From: Pseudomonadota bacterium
GTDB taxonomy: Bacteria; Pseudomonadota; Gammaproteobacteria; Burkholderiales; SG8-39
DNA length: 64,000 bases
Assembly: GCA_018241645.1 (NCBI GenBank)
Contig: JAFEDL010000004.1
Location: 594 to 64,593, forward strand
Direction: 5' to 3'
A program made the translations under genes and the position numbers. Each line of letters begins with the position of its first letter. The first letter of the stretch is position 1. Shown here one piece after another: positions 31,645 through 40,724 of the stretch. Below the pieces are notes generated by a model that made no database searches, was not told where the DNA came from, and saw nothing but the letters and a program-made list of their open reading frames with translations.

Positions 31645-31658
31645 TTGACCCTCCTCAA
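31645..31658 (-). promoter_or_regulatory. Candidate FNR/Anr (CRP-family) binding site TTGA-N6-TCAA
   Basis: TTGACCCTCCTCAA has both outer half-sites of the TTGAT-N4-ATCAA consensus intact. Its centre is ~56 nt upstream of the ATG at 31595. Confidence 0.4.
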
Positions 31659-31711
31659 TTGCAGGGCAGCTTTTCCGGGGGATTAGATGAGAACACCTAT
31701 CATCTTTTCAT

Positions 31712-32029
31712 TCAGGCCTTTGGGGGAGCTTTCTTGACCAGGGCGGCCAATCCAGCCAATGGCTTGTGCGTCACCGCCCTCACGGCAGGCTCGCGCATCC
31801 CGCCACCCGCCATCGCATCGGTGACCCGCGCGTGCTCGTTTTCATGGCAATAGATGCACAGCAACTCCCAGTTCGAGCCGTCCGGCGGATTGTGGTCGTG
31901 GTTCCCGTCCTTGTGGTGCACGGTGAGCTCGCGCAGGCGCGAGGCGGGGAACTCGCGCGCGCAGCGGGCGCAGACCCAGGGCAGCAGCTTGAGCGCTTGA
32001 TCCCGATAGGACTTTTCGTTCGACACCAC
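31712..32029 (-). CDS. yajD: YajD-like HNH endonuclease-family protein
   Basis: 105 aa. YRDQALKLLPWVCARCAREF...LRELTVHHKDGNHDHNPPDGSNWELLCIYCHENEH closely parallels E. coli YajD. Confidence 0.8.
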   Translation of the reverse strand: MVSNEKSYRDQALKLLPWVCARCAREFPASRLRELTVHHKDGNHDHNPPDGSNWELLCIYCHENEHARVTDAMAGGGMREPAVRAVTHKPLAGLAALVKKAPPKA

Positions 32030-32057
32030 GTGCGTAATCCCGCTAGCGAGACTGGCG

Positions 32058-33275
32058 CTAAGGCGCAGCCACAGCCCCTGCTCTCAGCAGCGCCTCGATG
32101 CGCTCGGCCGAATAGCCCAGCGTATGCGCGAGGACTGCGCGAGTGTCCTCCCCTGCCCGATAGGGCGCGGCACCGCGCGCATGGACAGCCGTGCCGTCGA
32201 TATGGAACGGCGCAGAGGTCACGCGCACCACGCCGCGCGCCGGATGCGGAATCGTAGTGAACGCCTCGCGCTCCTCCATGTGTGGATGGGCAATGACATC
32301 CTCCATGGCTTCCACCGGCGCGCAGGGCACACGGGCCGCGGTCAGCGCCTGCATCGCCGCCTCGATCGACTCGAAGCTGTCGAGCCAGTCACAGATCACC
32401 TGGCGCAGTTCGGGCCAGTGGTCGCGCCGTCCCTGCGAAGTGGAAAAGTGTGCCGCGCCCGCGGGCCCGTCCTGCCCCATCGCGGCCAGCAGCCGGTCCC
32501 AGGTCGTGCCGCCGCCGATGAACTGCACCGAAAGCTGGCGCCCCTTGATCGCGTGGATGATCATCCCGGGGCGCGGACCCTTTGTGAACTCCCCGCCATT
32601 GAGCACCGCGGCGATGCCGATGTCCTCCGCGGCCCAGAGCGACTGCAGCATGGACACGTCGAGATACGCGCCCTCCCCGGTGCGCTGGCGCCGGTTGACG
32701 GCCGCGAGCACCAGGCCGAAAGCATGCACGCCCGCCAGTGCATCGGCCGACTGCATGTATGCCACGCGGGGCTCGGGCGAACCCTGGCGATCCAGGTCCA
32801 TCGCCCCCGAGGCTGCGTTGATCAAGTGCGCAAACGCGGGACGGTTGCGCAATGGCCCGGTCTGTCCGTAGCCCGAGATCGAGCAATACACGATCGCCGG
32901 GTTCACGGCCGAGACTGCAGCGAAGTCCAGGCCGTGCCGCGCCATCACTCCGGGCACGAAATTCTCGATCAGCACGTCGGCCTTGCGGGCGAGGTCGAGC
33001 ACGACCTCTTTCGCCGCGGGATTGGCAAGGTCGATCGCGATGCTTTCCTTGCCCGCATTGAAGCGCACGAAATAACTGCTCTGGTCCGCACGCCCGGCCT
33101 CGAGCTGCATGTAGAAGGCGCGAGTGTCGTCGCCCAGCTCAGGGCGTTCGACCTTGATCACCCGCGCGCCCAGATCGGCCATCAGGCGCGTGCAATAGGG
33201 CCCGGCCAGCACCCGCGTGAAGTCAAGGACCGTGAGGCCTTCCAGCAGCGATTTCGAATTGTCCGGGTCCTGCAT
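32058..33275 (-). CDS. Family-III (CaiB/BaiF) CoA-transferase
   Basis: 405 aa. LEGLTVLDFTRVLAGPYCTRLMADLGARVIKVERP and ENFVPGVMARHGL motifs. Confidence 0.85.
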   Translation of the reverse strand: MQDPDNSKSLLEGLTVLDFTRVLAGPYCTRLMADLGARVIKVERPELGDDTRAFYMQLEAGRADQSSYFVRFNAGKESIAIDLANPAAKEVVLDLARKADVLIENFVPGVMARHGLDFAAVSAVNPAIVYCSISGYGQTGPLRNRPAFAHLINAASGAMDLDRQGSPEPRVAYMQSADALAGVHAFGLVLAAVNRRQRTGEGAYLDVSMLQSLWAAEDIGIAAVLNGGEFTKGPRPGMIIHAIKGRQLSVQFIGGGTTWDRLLAAMGQDGPAGAAHFSTSQGRRDHWPELRQVICDWLDSFESIEAAMQALTAARVPCAPVEAMEDVIAHPHMEEREAFTTIPHPARGVVRVTSAPFHIDGTAVHARGAAPYRAGEDTRAVLAHTLGYSAERIEALLRAGAVAAP

Positions 33276-33323
33276 GGTCGGTGCACCGTCCGGGAATCTC
33301 AGGCGAATGGGTATACTTTACGC

Positions 33324-33779
33324 ATGAAGCCGCTGCTGCGCACCCTTTGCGTCCTGGTGCTCTCTGCCGCCGCTGCCGCCTCGGCGGCATCGGCGACGCC
33401 GCTCGCGCAGGCGCAGGCCCAGGTGACGCAAAACGATGCCCGTGCGATCCGCGCGGTAATCGAAGCGCAGCTCGAAGCGTTCAGCAAGGATGACGGCGCC
33501 CGCGCGTTCTCTTTGGCCACTGCGGGGATCCGCGAAATCTTCGGTACGCCCGAAAATTTCATGGACATGGTGCGCAAATCCTATGCGGTCGTCTACCGGC
33601 CGAAAAGCGTGCTGTTCCAGCTCCCCGTGGTCGTCGACGGCGAAGTGGTGCAGCCCGTGCGGATGACGGACGCCGAGGGGCACGGCTGGATGGCGCTTTA
33701 TCCCATGCAGCGCCAGCCGGACGGCAGCTGGCGCACCAACGGCTGCCAGCTCGGCCGCCTGGCCGGGCAGGAGATCTAA
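33324..33779 (+). CDS. Secreted DUF4864-like protein
   Basis: 151 aa from internal ATG of track ORF 32124..33779. Signal peptide MKPLLRTLCVLVLSAAAAASAASA. IRAVIEAQLEAFSKDD...YRPKSV...DGSWRTNGC resembles DUF4864. Confidence 0.6.
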   Translation: MKPLLRTLCVLVLSAAAAASAASATPLAQAQAQVTQNDARAIRAVIEAQLEAFSKDDGARAFSLATAGIREIFGTPENFMDMVRKSYAVVYRPKSVLFQLPVVVDGEVVQPVRMTDAEGHGWMALYPMQRQPDGSWRTNGCQLGRLAGQEI

Positions 33780-33798
33780 ACGGCTCCCCCCACGCCTG

Positions 33799-34785
33799 CT
33801 ATTCCGGCTCGAGCCCGATCCTGGCCGCCAGCTGGCGCAAGGCATCGGTCTCCGAGCGTATCAGTTGTGAAAGCTCGGCCGGCGTGCCGGTGACCGGAAG
33901 GATGCTGAGGTCATCGAGAGTCCTGCGGAAGTCCGCCGACTTGAAGGCCGCGACCACCTCGGCATGCAGTCGTTCGACGACCGCGGCTGGCGTGCCGGCC
34001 GGCGCCAGCAGGCCATACCAGGAACCGCCCGTGAATCCGGGCATCCCGGCTTCGGCCATCGTCGGGATCGTGTCGGCCCTTGCAAGCCGCTGGGAGGCGG
34101 CCACGGCAAGCACCTTGAGCTTGCCTGCCTTCACGAGGGGCAGCGTCGCGCCCGGCGTGGCGAACGTGTACTGCACTTGTCCGCCGGCCAGGTCGGCGAT
34201 CACCGGGCCGCTGCCCTTGTACGGAACATGCACGGTGCTGATTCCCGCAGCCGCCTTGAAGCGCTCGTCGATCATGTGGTTCTGGCTGCCCTTGCCGAAC
34301 GATCCGAAATTGACCTTGTCCGGATTCGCCCTGGCATAGGCGATCAGCTCGGCGAGGGTGTTGGGCGCAAAGCCCGCGTATGTGACCAGGACGTAGGGTC
34401 CGCGGCCCGCAAGGGCAATCGGCGCAAGGTCCTTGAGCGGGTCGTAGGGCAGGGCCTTGACCGTGACCTGGGCGATCGTCAGTTCGGCGTCGGATGCGAA
34501 CATGAGCGTATATCCGTCCGGGTCCGAGCGCACCACCGACTGCGTGCCGATCCTGCCGCCGGCACCCGGCCGGTTCTCGACCACCACCTGCTGGCCGAGC
34601 GATTTCGACATGTGCTCGGCCAGCAGCCGCGCAACCGTATTGGTGCCTCCGCCCGGCGGGTAGCCCACGACGATCCTGACCGGTTTCGACGGCCACGGCT
34701 GCGCCGTGGCCAGCGCGGGCAGGAGTGCGGTGCAGAGCGCAATCCCGCAAGCGCGCAGCAGGTGCAATGGTCCGTTTCTTCTCAT
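33799..34785 (-). CDS. Bug/TctC-family tripartite tricarboxylate transporter substrate-binding protein
   Basis: 328 aa from internal Met MRRNGPLHLL (AGGAGA upstream). WPSKPVRIVVGYPPGGGTNTVARLLAEHM...ENRPGAGG. Confidence 0.85.
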   Translation of the reverse strand: MRRNGPLHLLRACGIALCTALLPALATAQPWPSKPVRIVVGYPPGGGTNTVARLLAEHMSKSLGQQVVVENRPGAGGRIGTQSVVRSDPDGYTLMFASDAELTIAQVTVKALPYDPLKDLAPIALAGRGPYVLVTYAGFAPNTLAELIAYARANPDKVNFGSFGKGSQNHMIDERFKAAAGISTVHVPYKGSGPVIADLAGGQVQYTFATPGATLPLVKAGKLKVLAVAASQRLARADTIPTMAEAGMPGFTGGSWYGLLAPAGTPAAVVERLHAEVVAAFKSADFRRTLDDLSILPVTGTPAELSQLIRSETDALRQLAARIGLEPE

Positions 34786-34802
34786 GGCGGTCTCCTGGCT
34801 TG

Positions 34803-36323
34803 TTACGCGTCGAGCAGCTTCAGCCGCTGCACCTTGCCCGATGGCCCCTTCGGCAGGTCGGCCATGAACCGGAACACCTTGGGCGTCTTGAATCGCCCGA
34901 GTTCCTTCTCGCAGAAACCGCGCAGCTCGGCCTCCGTGGCATTGCAGCCGGGCTTGAGCACGACGGCGCAGAAGATCTCCTGGCCGTAGTGCGCATCCGG
35001 CATGCCGACCGCCGCCGCATCCATGACGGCCGGATGCTTGTAGAGCACGTCGTCGATCTCGCGCGGCGCTATGTTCTCGCCGCCCTTGATGATGAGCTCT
35101 TTCAGGCGGCCGGTGACAAAATAATAACCCTCGTCGTCCATGTATCCGAGATCGCCGGTGTGGAGCCAGCCGTCGCGATCCAGGGCCTTCGACGTCTCTT
35201 CCGGATTCTTGTAGTAACCGAGCATCACGTTGTCGCCCTTCACCGCCAGCTCGCCGATCTCGCCGGGCTTGCACGGCGCGCCGTCGAAACCCACGACCTT
35301 CGCGGCATTCCCCGCCGGCTTGCCGACCGAACCGTACTTGCGCCTGGCCTGCTCGAGCGGATTGGTGAAGATCGGCGCAGCCGTCTCCGTCATCCCCATG
35401 GTCTCGATGATCGAGAGGCCGAACTTCCTCTCGAACGCGCGGTGAAGTTCCGGGGCGAGCGGCGCGGATGCCGAACGGCCGAACCGCACGCGCGAGCGTG
35501 CGCCGGCCGGCGCCGCGGGTGCAGGAGAAGCGGCGAGGTAGGAAATGATGGTGGGCACCACGTTGAACCACGTGCACTCGTAGCGATCCAGCAGCTCCCA
35601 GAACTGGGACACCGAAAACCGGTGCGGCGCAACCACGCTGCCGCCATGCACTAGCGGACCGACGGTGGCGACGATCTGGCCGTTGATGTGGTACAGCGGC
35701 AGGGATGACAGGACGCGATCCTGGGGCGTGAGCTGGTGCGCCTCCTGCACGTACAGCGCGCCCGACACCACGTTCTTCTGGGTGAGCAGGCACCCCTTCG
35801 GACGCCCGGTCGTGCCGGAGGTGTACATCAGGAGCGCAGGGGCGCCCTCCGCGGGCGCCGGCACTGCGAGCGCCGGCAGGCGCTCCTCCAGGAACAGCGA
35901 CGCGGCATCCACGTCGATCACGATGATCTCGATGTCCTGCGCAACCGCCTTCACGCGATCGCCGAGCGCTTGCGCATGTTCCGCGTCGGTGAACACCAGC
36001 CGCGTGTCCGAGTGCTCCAGCACGTACTCGAGCTGCGAGCCCTGGGACACCAGATTCAGCGGCACCGACACGAACCCGCCGTACATCGTCCCGAGGAACA
36101 CTGCCGCGGTCTGGTAGCCGTTGGCGCAGTAGAACGCGATCTTGTCGCCGGGCACATACCCCGCACCGAGCAGGAACCGGCACAGGTTCTCGGATTGGCG
36201 CCGCAGTTCGCCGAAGGTCAGGATCCGCCCGGTTTCAGGCGCAATCAGGTAAGGCTGGGCCGACCGTTCGCGCGCCTGGCGGTCTACGAAGTGCCGGACC
36301 GTCCGCACCGTGGTCCCGGCCAT
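34803..36323 (-). CDS. AMP-forming acyl-CoA ligase (SauT-like, candidate sulfoacetate-CoA ligase)
   Basis: 506 aa. AMP-binding motif LMYTSGTTGRPKG, YHINGQ, GWLHTGDLGYMDDEGYYFVTGRLKELIIKGGENI, PKGPSGKV. The start codon shares 1 nt with the upstream stop (TGATG). Confidence 0.8.
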   Translation of the reverse strand: MAGTTVRTVRHFVDRQARERSAQPYLIAPETGRILTFGELRRQSENLCRFLLGAGYVPGDKIAFYCANGYQTAAVFLGTMYGGFVSVPLNLVSQGSQLEYVLEHSDTRLVFTDAEHAQALGDRVKAVAQDIEIIVIDVDAASLFLEERLPALAVPAPAEGAPALLMYTSGTTGRPKGCLLTQKNVVSGALYVQEAHQLTPQDRVLSSLPLYHINGQIVATVGPLVHGGSVVAPHRFSVSQFWELLDRYECTWFNVVPTIISYLAASPAPAAPAGARSRVRFGRSASAPLAPELHRAFERKFGLSIIETMGMTETAAPIFTNPLEQARRKYGSVGKPAGNAAKVVGFDGAPCKPGEIGELAVKGDNVMLGYYKNPEETSKALDRDGWLHTGDLGYMDDEGYYFVTGRLKELIIKGGENIAPREIDDVLYKHPAVMDAAAVGMPDAHYGQEIFCAVVLKPGCNATEAELRGFCEKELGRFKTPKVFRFMADLPKGPSGKVQRLKLLDA

Positions 36324-37774
36324 CAGCGCCCGTGCTTGGCGTGGTACTCGCCGAAGATCTCGCCGGTGGTCGGTACGCGGGCGGGAATCGTGCGCACGAT
36401 CCGGGTCGTGTTCAGGTAGTGGCGGTAATTCATGTTCTCGGAGATCGAGTTGCGGCCCCAGGTGCCGCAGCCCATCGACAGGGAAAACGGCAGGCCGTTG
36501 TCGAAGGCGCCGCCGTTGGCAATGGCGTGCGCCTGGTTCACGATGACGCGCGCGGCGGGCATCTCGAGTCCCAGGCGCATGACATGCGCGGCGTCCTCGG
36601 TGTGGATGCCCACCGAATGCCCCGCGCCCTGGTGGGCGTAGATCTCGCGCACGATGTCAAAGGCGTGGGAAAAATCCCGCGCGCGATAGAGCGTCAGGAC
36701 GAGGGAGAGCTTTTCGCCCGAGAACGGGAATCTTCCGCCTATGCCCTCCTCCTCGACCATCAGGAACCTCGCGTCCGCGAGGCCCGCCCGCGCGAGGCCC
36801 GCGATCTTCAGGATGTCGGGAACCGGGCGCGCCATGAGCGCCGGATTGAGCTTTCCGGCGGGCCACATCGCGGCGCGCAGCTTTTCCTTTTCCGCCGCGT
36901 CGAGGAGCGCGCCGCCTGCCTTGCCAAGTTCGGCCAGCATGCCGGCATAGACCGCGTCCACGATCACCAGCGAGTTCTCAGAGGAGCAACTGGTGGCATT
37001 GTCGAAGCATTTCGAATCGCGGATCTTTGCCGCGGCATCAGCCAGCGCCGCCGAGGCATCGACGATCACGGCGACGTTGCCGAGGCCCACCCCGACCGCA
37101 GGCGTGCCGGAGGCGTACGCTGCGCGCACGTTGGCCTGCGAGCCGGTCGCGACGACGAGGTCCGCCTGGCGCATCAGTTCGTAAGTAGTGTCCTTGGTGA
37201 CGGGCGAGGGCAGGACCTGGACGAGGTCGCGCGGCGCGCCGACCTTGTCGAGTTCGGTGTGCACGTACTCGAGCAGCAGCTCGGCCGTCGACCAGCCCTT
37301 GGGCGAAGGCGCAAGGATCACCGCGTTGCGACCCTTGAGCGCGTTGATGATCTTGTTGGCGGGCGTGGCGCCCGGATTGGTCGACGGGGTGATCGCGGCC
37401 ACCACGCCCACCGGGCGCGCGATCTCGACGATCCCGAGGTCCGGGTACTCGGCGATCACTCCCACGGACCTCGCGCCCTTGAGGTCGCGGAGCAGCCCGA
37501 GGGTCTTGCGCTCGTTCTTGGCGATCTTGTCGGGGACGTTGCCCAGCCCGGTGTCCCGGACGGCAAGCTCGGCCAGGCGGCGATTGTTCTCCGGCTTGAT
37601 GATGGCCCACCCCGCCGCCGTGACGACCTCGTCCACCCCGGCCTGGTCGTAGCCCTCGAAGACGCGCTGCGCGGCCCGCGCGCGAGCCACCAGCGAGCGC
37701 ACGATGTCCCTTGCGGCAGAGGTTCCCGTACCGGTATCGATCACTGCAGCCATCGCATCACGATCCTGAAGCAA
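36323..37774 (-). CDS. CoA-acylating aldehyde dehydrogenase (SauS/SucD-like, candidate sulfoacetaldehyde dehydrogenase)
   Basis: 483 aa (alternative Met at 37753). Acylating ALDH layout with a catalytic-Cys region (KCFDNATSCSSENS). Confidence 0.75.
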   Translation of the reverse strand: MLQDRDAMAAVIDTGTGTSAARDIVRSLVARARAAQRVFEGYDQAGVDEVVTAAGWAIIKPENNRRLAELAVRDTGLGNVPDKIAKNERKTLGLLRDLKGARSVGVIAEYPDLGIVEIARPVGVVAAITPSTNPGATPANKIINALKGRNAVILAPSPKGWSTAELLLEYVHTELDKVGAPRDLVQVLPSPVTKDTTYELMRQADLVVATGSQANVRAAYASGTPAVGVGLGNVAVIVDASAALADAAAKIRDSKCFDNATSCSSENSLVIVDAVYAGMLAELGKAGGALLDAAEKEKLRAAMWPAGKLNPALMARPVPDILKIAGLARAGLADARFLMVEEEGIGGRFPFSGEKLSLVLTLYRARDFSHAFDIVREIYAHQGAGHSVGIHTEDAAHVMRLGLEMPAARVIVNQAHAIANGGAFDNGLPFSLSMGCGTWGRNSISENMNYRHYLNTTRIVRTIPARVPTTGEIFGEYHAKHGR

Positions 37775-37784
37775 AGAACAAAGT

Positions 37785-38753
37785 CTATTCCAGTTTGATG
37801 CCGGCCTGCTGGATCAGCGCGGACCACTTCTTGAGTTCGGCCTTGACGGTCTGGTCGAGCTCGGCCGAGGTGCTGCCCACGGCGTCGGCGCCCTGCTCGA
37901 GCAGTTTCTGGCGGACCTCGGGGAGCTGCACCACTTTCGCGACCTCCTGCTGCATCCTTGCCACCATCGCCCCGGGCGTCTTCGCGGGCGCGAAGATCGC
38001 GTACCAGGAATCCACCTCGTAGTCGGGGATTCCGAGCGCCTCGGCGACGGTCGGGACGTCCGGTGCGGCGCCCGAACGCTTGAGCGTCGTGACCGCGATG
38101 GGCCGGAGCTTGCCGCTCTTCACGAATCCTATGGCCGCGGGTATCGACACGAACAGCAGCGGCACCTGCCCGCCAAGGACGTCGGTGACCGCAGGCCCGC
38201 CGCCCTTGTAGGGGATGTGCAGGAGCTTGATGCCCGAGCGCAGCATCAGCAGTTCTCCCGCGATGTGGGAAGGCGTGCCGGCGCCCACCGAGGCGAATGC
38301 GACCTTGCCCGGCTGTGCCTTGGCCTGCGACACGATGTCCTGCATGGTCCTGAACGGCGAGGACGTGTTCGCCGCAATGAGTTGCGGGAGGCTCGCCACC
38401 GTGGTCACCGAGAGGAAATCCCTCTCCACGTCGTACGAAAGCCGGTAAAGCAGCGGGTTGATCGTGTGCGAGGACAGCGTGAACAGGAACGTGTAGCCGT
38501 CGGGCGAGGACTTGGCGGCGGCTTCGGTGCCCACCGCGCCGCCCGCACCGCCGCGGTTCTCGATCACGATCTGCTGGCCCAGCGCCCGCGAGAGCGGCTC
38601 CTGCACGATGCGCGCAATCACGTCGGTGCCCCCGCCAGGCGGGTAAGGCACGATGAAACGGACCGGCTTTGACGGCCAGTCCTGCGCAGCGGCCGCCTGA
38701 ACCGCTAGAGCCAACCCGACCATAACGGCGCGACGAACGAACCCTCTCATCAT
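37785..38753 (-). CDS. Bug/TctC-family substrate-binding protein
   Basis: 322 aa. Signal peptide, then [25 protein letters not shown]...ENRGGAGG. Confidence 0.85.
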   Translation of the reverse strand: MMRGFVRRAVMVGLALAVQAAAAQDWPSKPVRFIVPYPPGGGTDVIARIVQEPLSRALGQQIVIENRGGAGGAVGTEAAAKSSPDGYTFLFTLSSHTINPLLYRLSYDVERDFLSVTTVASLPQLIAANTSSPFRTMQDIVSQAKAQPGKVAFASVGAGTPSHIAGELLMLRSGIKLLHIPYKGGGPAVTDVLGGQVPLLFVSIPAAIGFVKSGKLRPIAVTTLKRSGAAPDVPTVAEALGIPDYEVDSWYAIFAPAKTPGAMVARMQQEVAKVVQLPEVRQKLLEQGADAVGSTSAELDQTVKAELKKWSALIQQAGIKLE

Positions 38754-38806
38754 GTCTCCTCCAGGTGCACGGGCCCGTCTGTGCGGGCTCCCTGCTCAGC
38801 GGTTGA

Positions 38807-40594
38807 TCAGACGTACGGCTTGTACTTGTCCAGGTGGCGCACGGGGTGCTTCAGCGCATCGCGCCGGAACGGGTCGCCGAGTTCCCTCGTCACCATGAGC
38901 TCGATGACGGTGGTCTTGCCGTCCTTCTGCGCCTTGCAGGCGGCCTGCAGGGCGGGCCCCACATCGGCCAGGCTGTCCACGGTCACGCCCTGGGCGCCCA
39001 TCGACTTTGCCACCGCGGCCCAGCTCGGGTTCTCGAGGTCCACGCCCTGGAAGCGGTTCTTGTAGAAGTCCACGTGGTTCTTCTTTTCGGCGCCCCATTG
39101 CTGGTTGTTGAACACCACCGCGGTGACCGGGAATTTCTCGCGCACGCAGGTCAGGATCTCCCCGAAGCTCATGCCCCAGGCGCCGTCGCCCACGTAGGCG
39201 ATCGCGGGACGGTCCGGCGCGGCGGACTTGCATCCGATCATCGTCGGGAACGCGTAACCGCAGTTGCCGAACATCATGGCGCCGAACATGCTGCGCGGCT
39301 TCTCGAACTTGAGGTAGCTGTTGGCGATCTGGCAGATGTTGCCGATGTCGGTGGAGACCATCGCGTCCTTCGGCATGGCCTTCTCCAGCTCGCGCAGCAT
39401 CTGGCGGGGGTGCATGTACTTCGAGCCTTTGGCAACCTCAAGGCTCCACGCATCCTTCTCCTGGTGCCAGGTCTCGAGCTCGCTCGCCCAGGCGTCGCGC
39501 TCGGTCTTGATGGACTTCACGCGCTCGTCCTTGTTCGCCATGCAGGCGAGCGTGCGGCCCTTGAGGCGCTGGACCAGCGCCATCGCGGCCTCGCGGGCAT
39601 CGCCGTTGATCGTGACCGAGGTCTTCTTGACGAGGCCGAGCATCTTTGCGTCGGCGTCGATCTGGATGAGCTTCGCGTTCTTCGGCCAGTAGTCGAACTC
39701 GTACTGCGGCAGCACGCCGAAAGGCCCGAGGCGCGAGCCCAGCGCAACCACGACGTCGGCCTTGTTGAGGACCTTCATCGCGGCCTTGGAGCCGTGGTAG
39801 CCCAGCGGGCCGCACCACAGGCGGTGGCTCGCCGGAAAGGTGTCGTTGTGGAGGTACGAATTGCAGACCGGCGCTTCGAGCGCCTCCGCGAGCGCGATGC
39901 AGGCATCCGCGCCGTTCGACATGATCACGCCGCCGCCGGCGATGATCACCGGGTATTTGGCGCTGGCGAGCAGTTCCGCCGCTTCGTCGAGGTTCTTTCC
40001 GCCGCCGGGGCCGCGCTCGATGCGGATCGGCTGCGGGATCTCGCATTCGAGTTCGCCGTAGAAGAAGTCACGCGGGATGTTGAGCTGCGTCGGCCCCATT
40101 TCCAGGATCGCGCGGTCGAAGGCCCGACCGGTCAGCTCGGCCATGCGCGCCGGGTTGTTCACGTGCGCCTGGAACTTGGTGATCTTGGAGAAGATCGGCA
40201 GCTGGTCGGTCTCCTGGAAGCCGCCCAGGCCGATCGACAGGCTGCCGGTCTCCGGGGTGATCGCGACCACCGGCGAGTGCGCCCAGTACGCGGCCGCGAT
40301 CGCGGTCACGAAGTTGGTGATGCCGGGGCCGTTCTGGCCGATGCAGACGCCATGCCGCCCGGACACGCGCGAGAACCCGTCGGCCATGTGCGCCGAGCCT
40401 TGCTCGTGGACCGTGGGCACGAAGCGGATCCCGGCCGCGGGAAAGAGGTCCAGCGCATCCATGTAGGCCGAGCCCACGATGCCGAAGACGTGGGTCACGC
40501 CCTGCGCGACGAGCGTCTCCACAAACGCCTCGGAGGGGGACATCTTCACTTTGCCGGAAACGACAATGCGTTTCGCGTCGGAAATATTGGTCAT
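38807..40594 (-). CDS. xsc: Sulfoacetaldehyde acetyltransferase (ThDP-dependent)
   Basis: 595 aa. SEAFVETLVAQGVTHVFGIVGSAYMDALD, HEQGSAHMADGFSRVSGRHGVCIGQNGPGITN. ThDP motif GDGAWGMS...NNQQWG. C-terminal RRDALKHPVRHLDKYK. The start may instead be the Met at 40543. Confidence 0.88.
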   Translation of the reverse strand: MTNISDAKRIVVSGKVKMSPSEAFVETLVAQGVTHVFGIVGSAYMDALDLFPAAGIRFVPTVHEQGSAHMADGFSRVSGRHGVCIGQNGPGITNFVTAIAAAYWAHSPVVAITPETGSLSIGLGGFQETDQLPIFSKITKFQAHVNNPARMAELTGRAFDRAILEMGPTQLNIPRDFFYGELECEIPQPIRIERGPGGGKNLDEAAELLASAKYPVIIAGGGVIMSNGADACIALAEALEAPVCNSYLHNDTFPASHRLWCGPLGYHGSKAAMKVLNKADVVVALGSRLGPFGVLPQYEFDYWPKNAKLIQIDADAKMLGLVKKTSVTINGDAREAAMALVQRLKGRTLACMANKDERVKSIKTERDAWASELETWHQEKDAWSLEVAKGSKYMHPRQMLRELEKAMPKDAMVSTDIGNICQIANSYLKFEKPRSMFGAMMFGNCGYAFPTMIGCKSAAPDRPAIAYVGDGAWGMSFGEILTCVREKFPVTAVVFNNQQWGAEKKNHVDFYKNRFQGVDLENPSWAAVAKSMGAQGVTVDSLADVGPALQAACKAQKDGKTTVIELMVTRELGDPFRRDALKHPVRHLDKYKPYV

Positions 40595-40661
40595 GGCGGG
40601 GTCTCCAGTTCAGGACGGGTGCTTGCGATCAGGCGCGGGAAGTCTCTCACAGGGCTCCGCA

Positions 40662-40673
40662 GCATTGCAATGC
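40662..40673. promoter_or_regulatory. Perfect 12-bp palindrome GCATTGCAATGC in the xsc/iclR divergent intergenic region (candidate operator)
   Basis: The sequence is self-complementary. A second 8-bp palindrome, TTCCGGAA, lies at 40700..40707, just upstream of the iclR-type gene start. Confidence 0.4.
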
Positions 40674-40724
40674 AATCGGGACAAAATCAGAACCCATCGT
40701 TCCGGAATATGATAATTTAGCGAT

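Noticed and set aside
23768-31853. Series of very long plus-strand ORFs (23768..25966, 26716..29001, 29910..31853) opposite the DUF3141 operon.
   Set aside because: Same antisense artefact. Every one mirrors a minus-strand gene with clear family motifs, and none has its own motifs or plausible ribosome-binding context.
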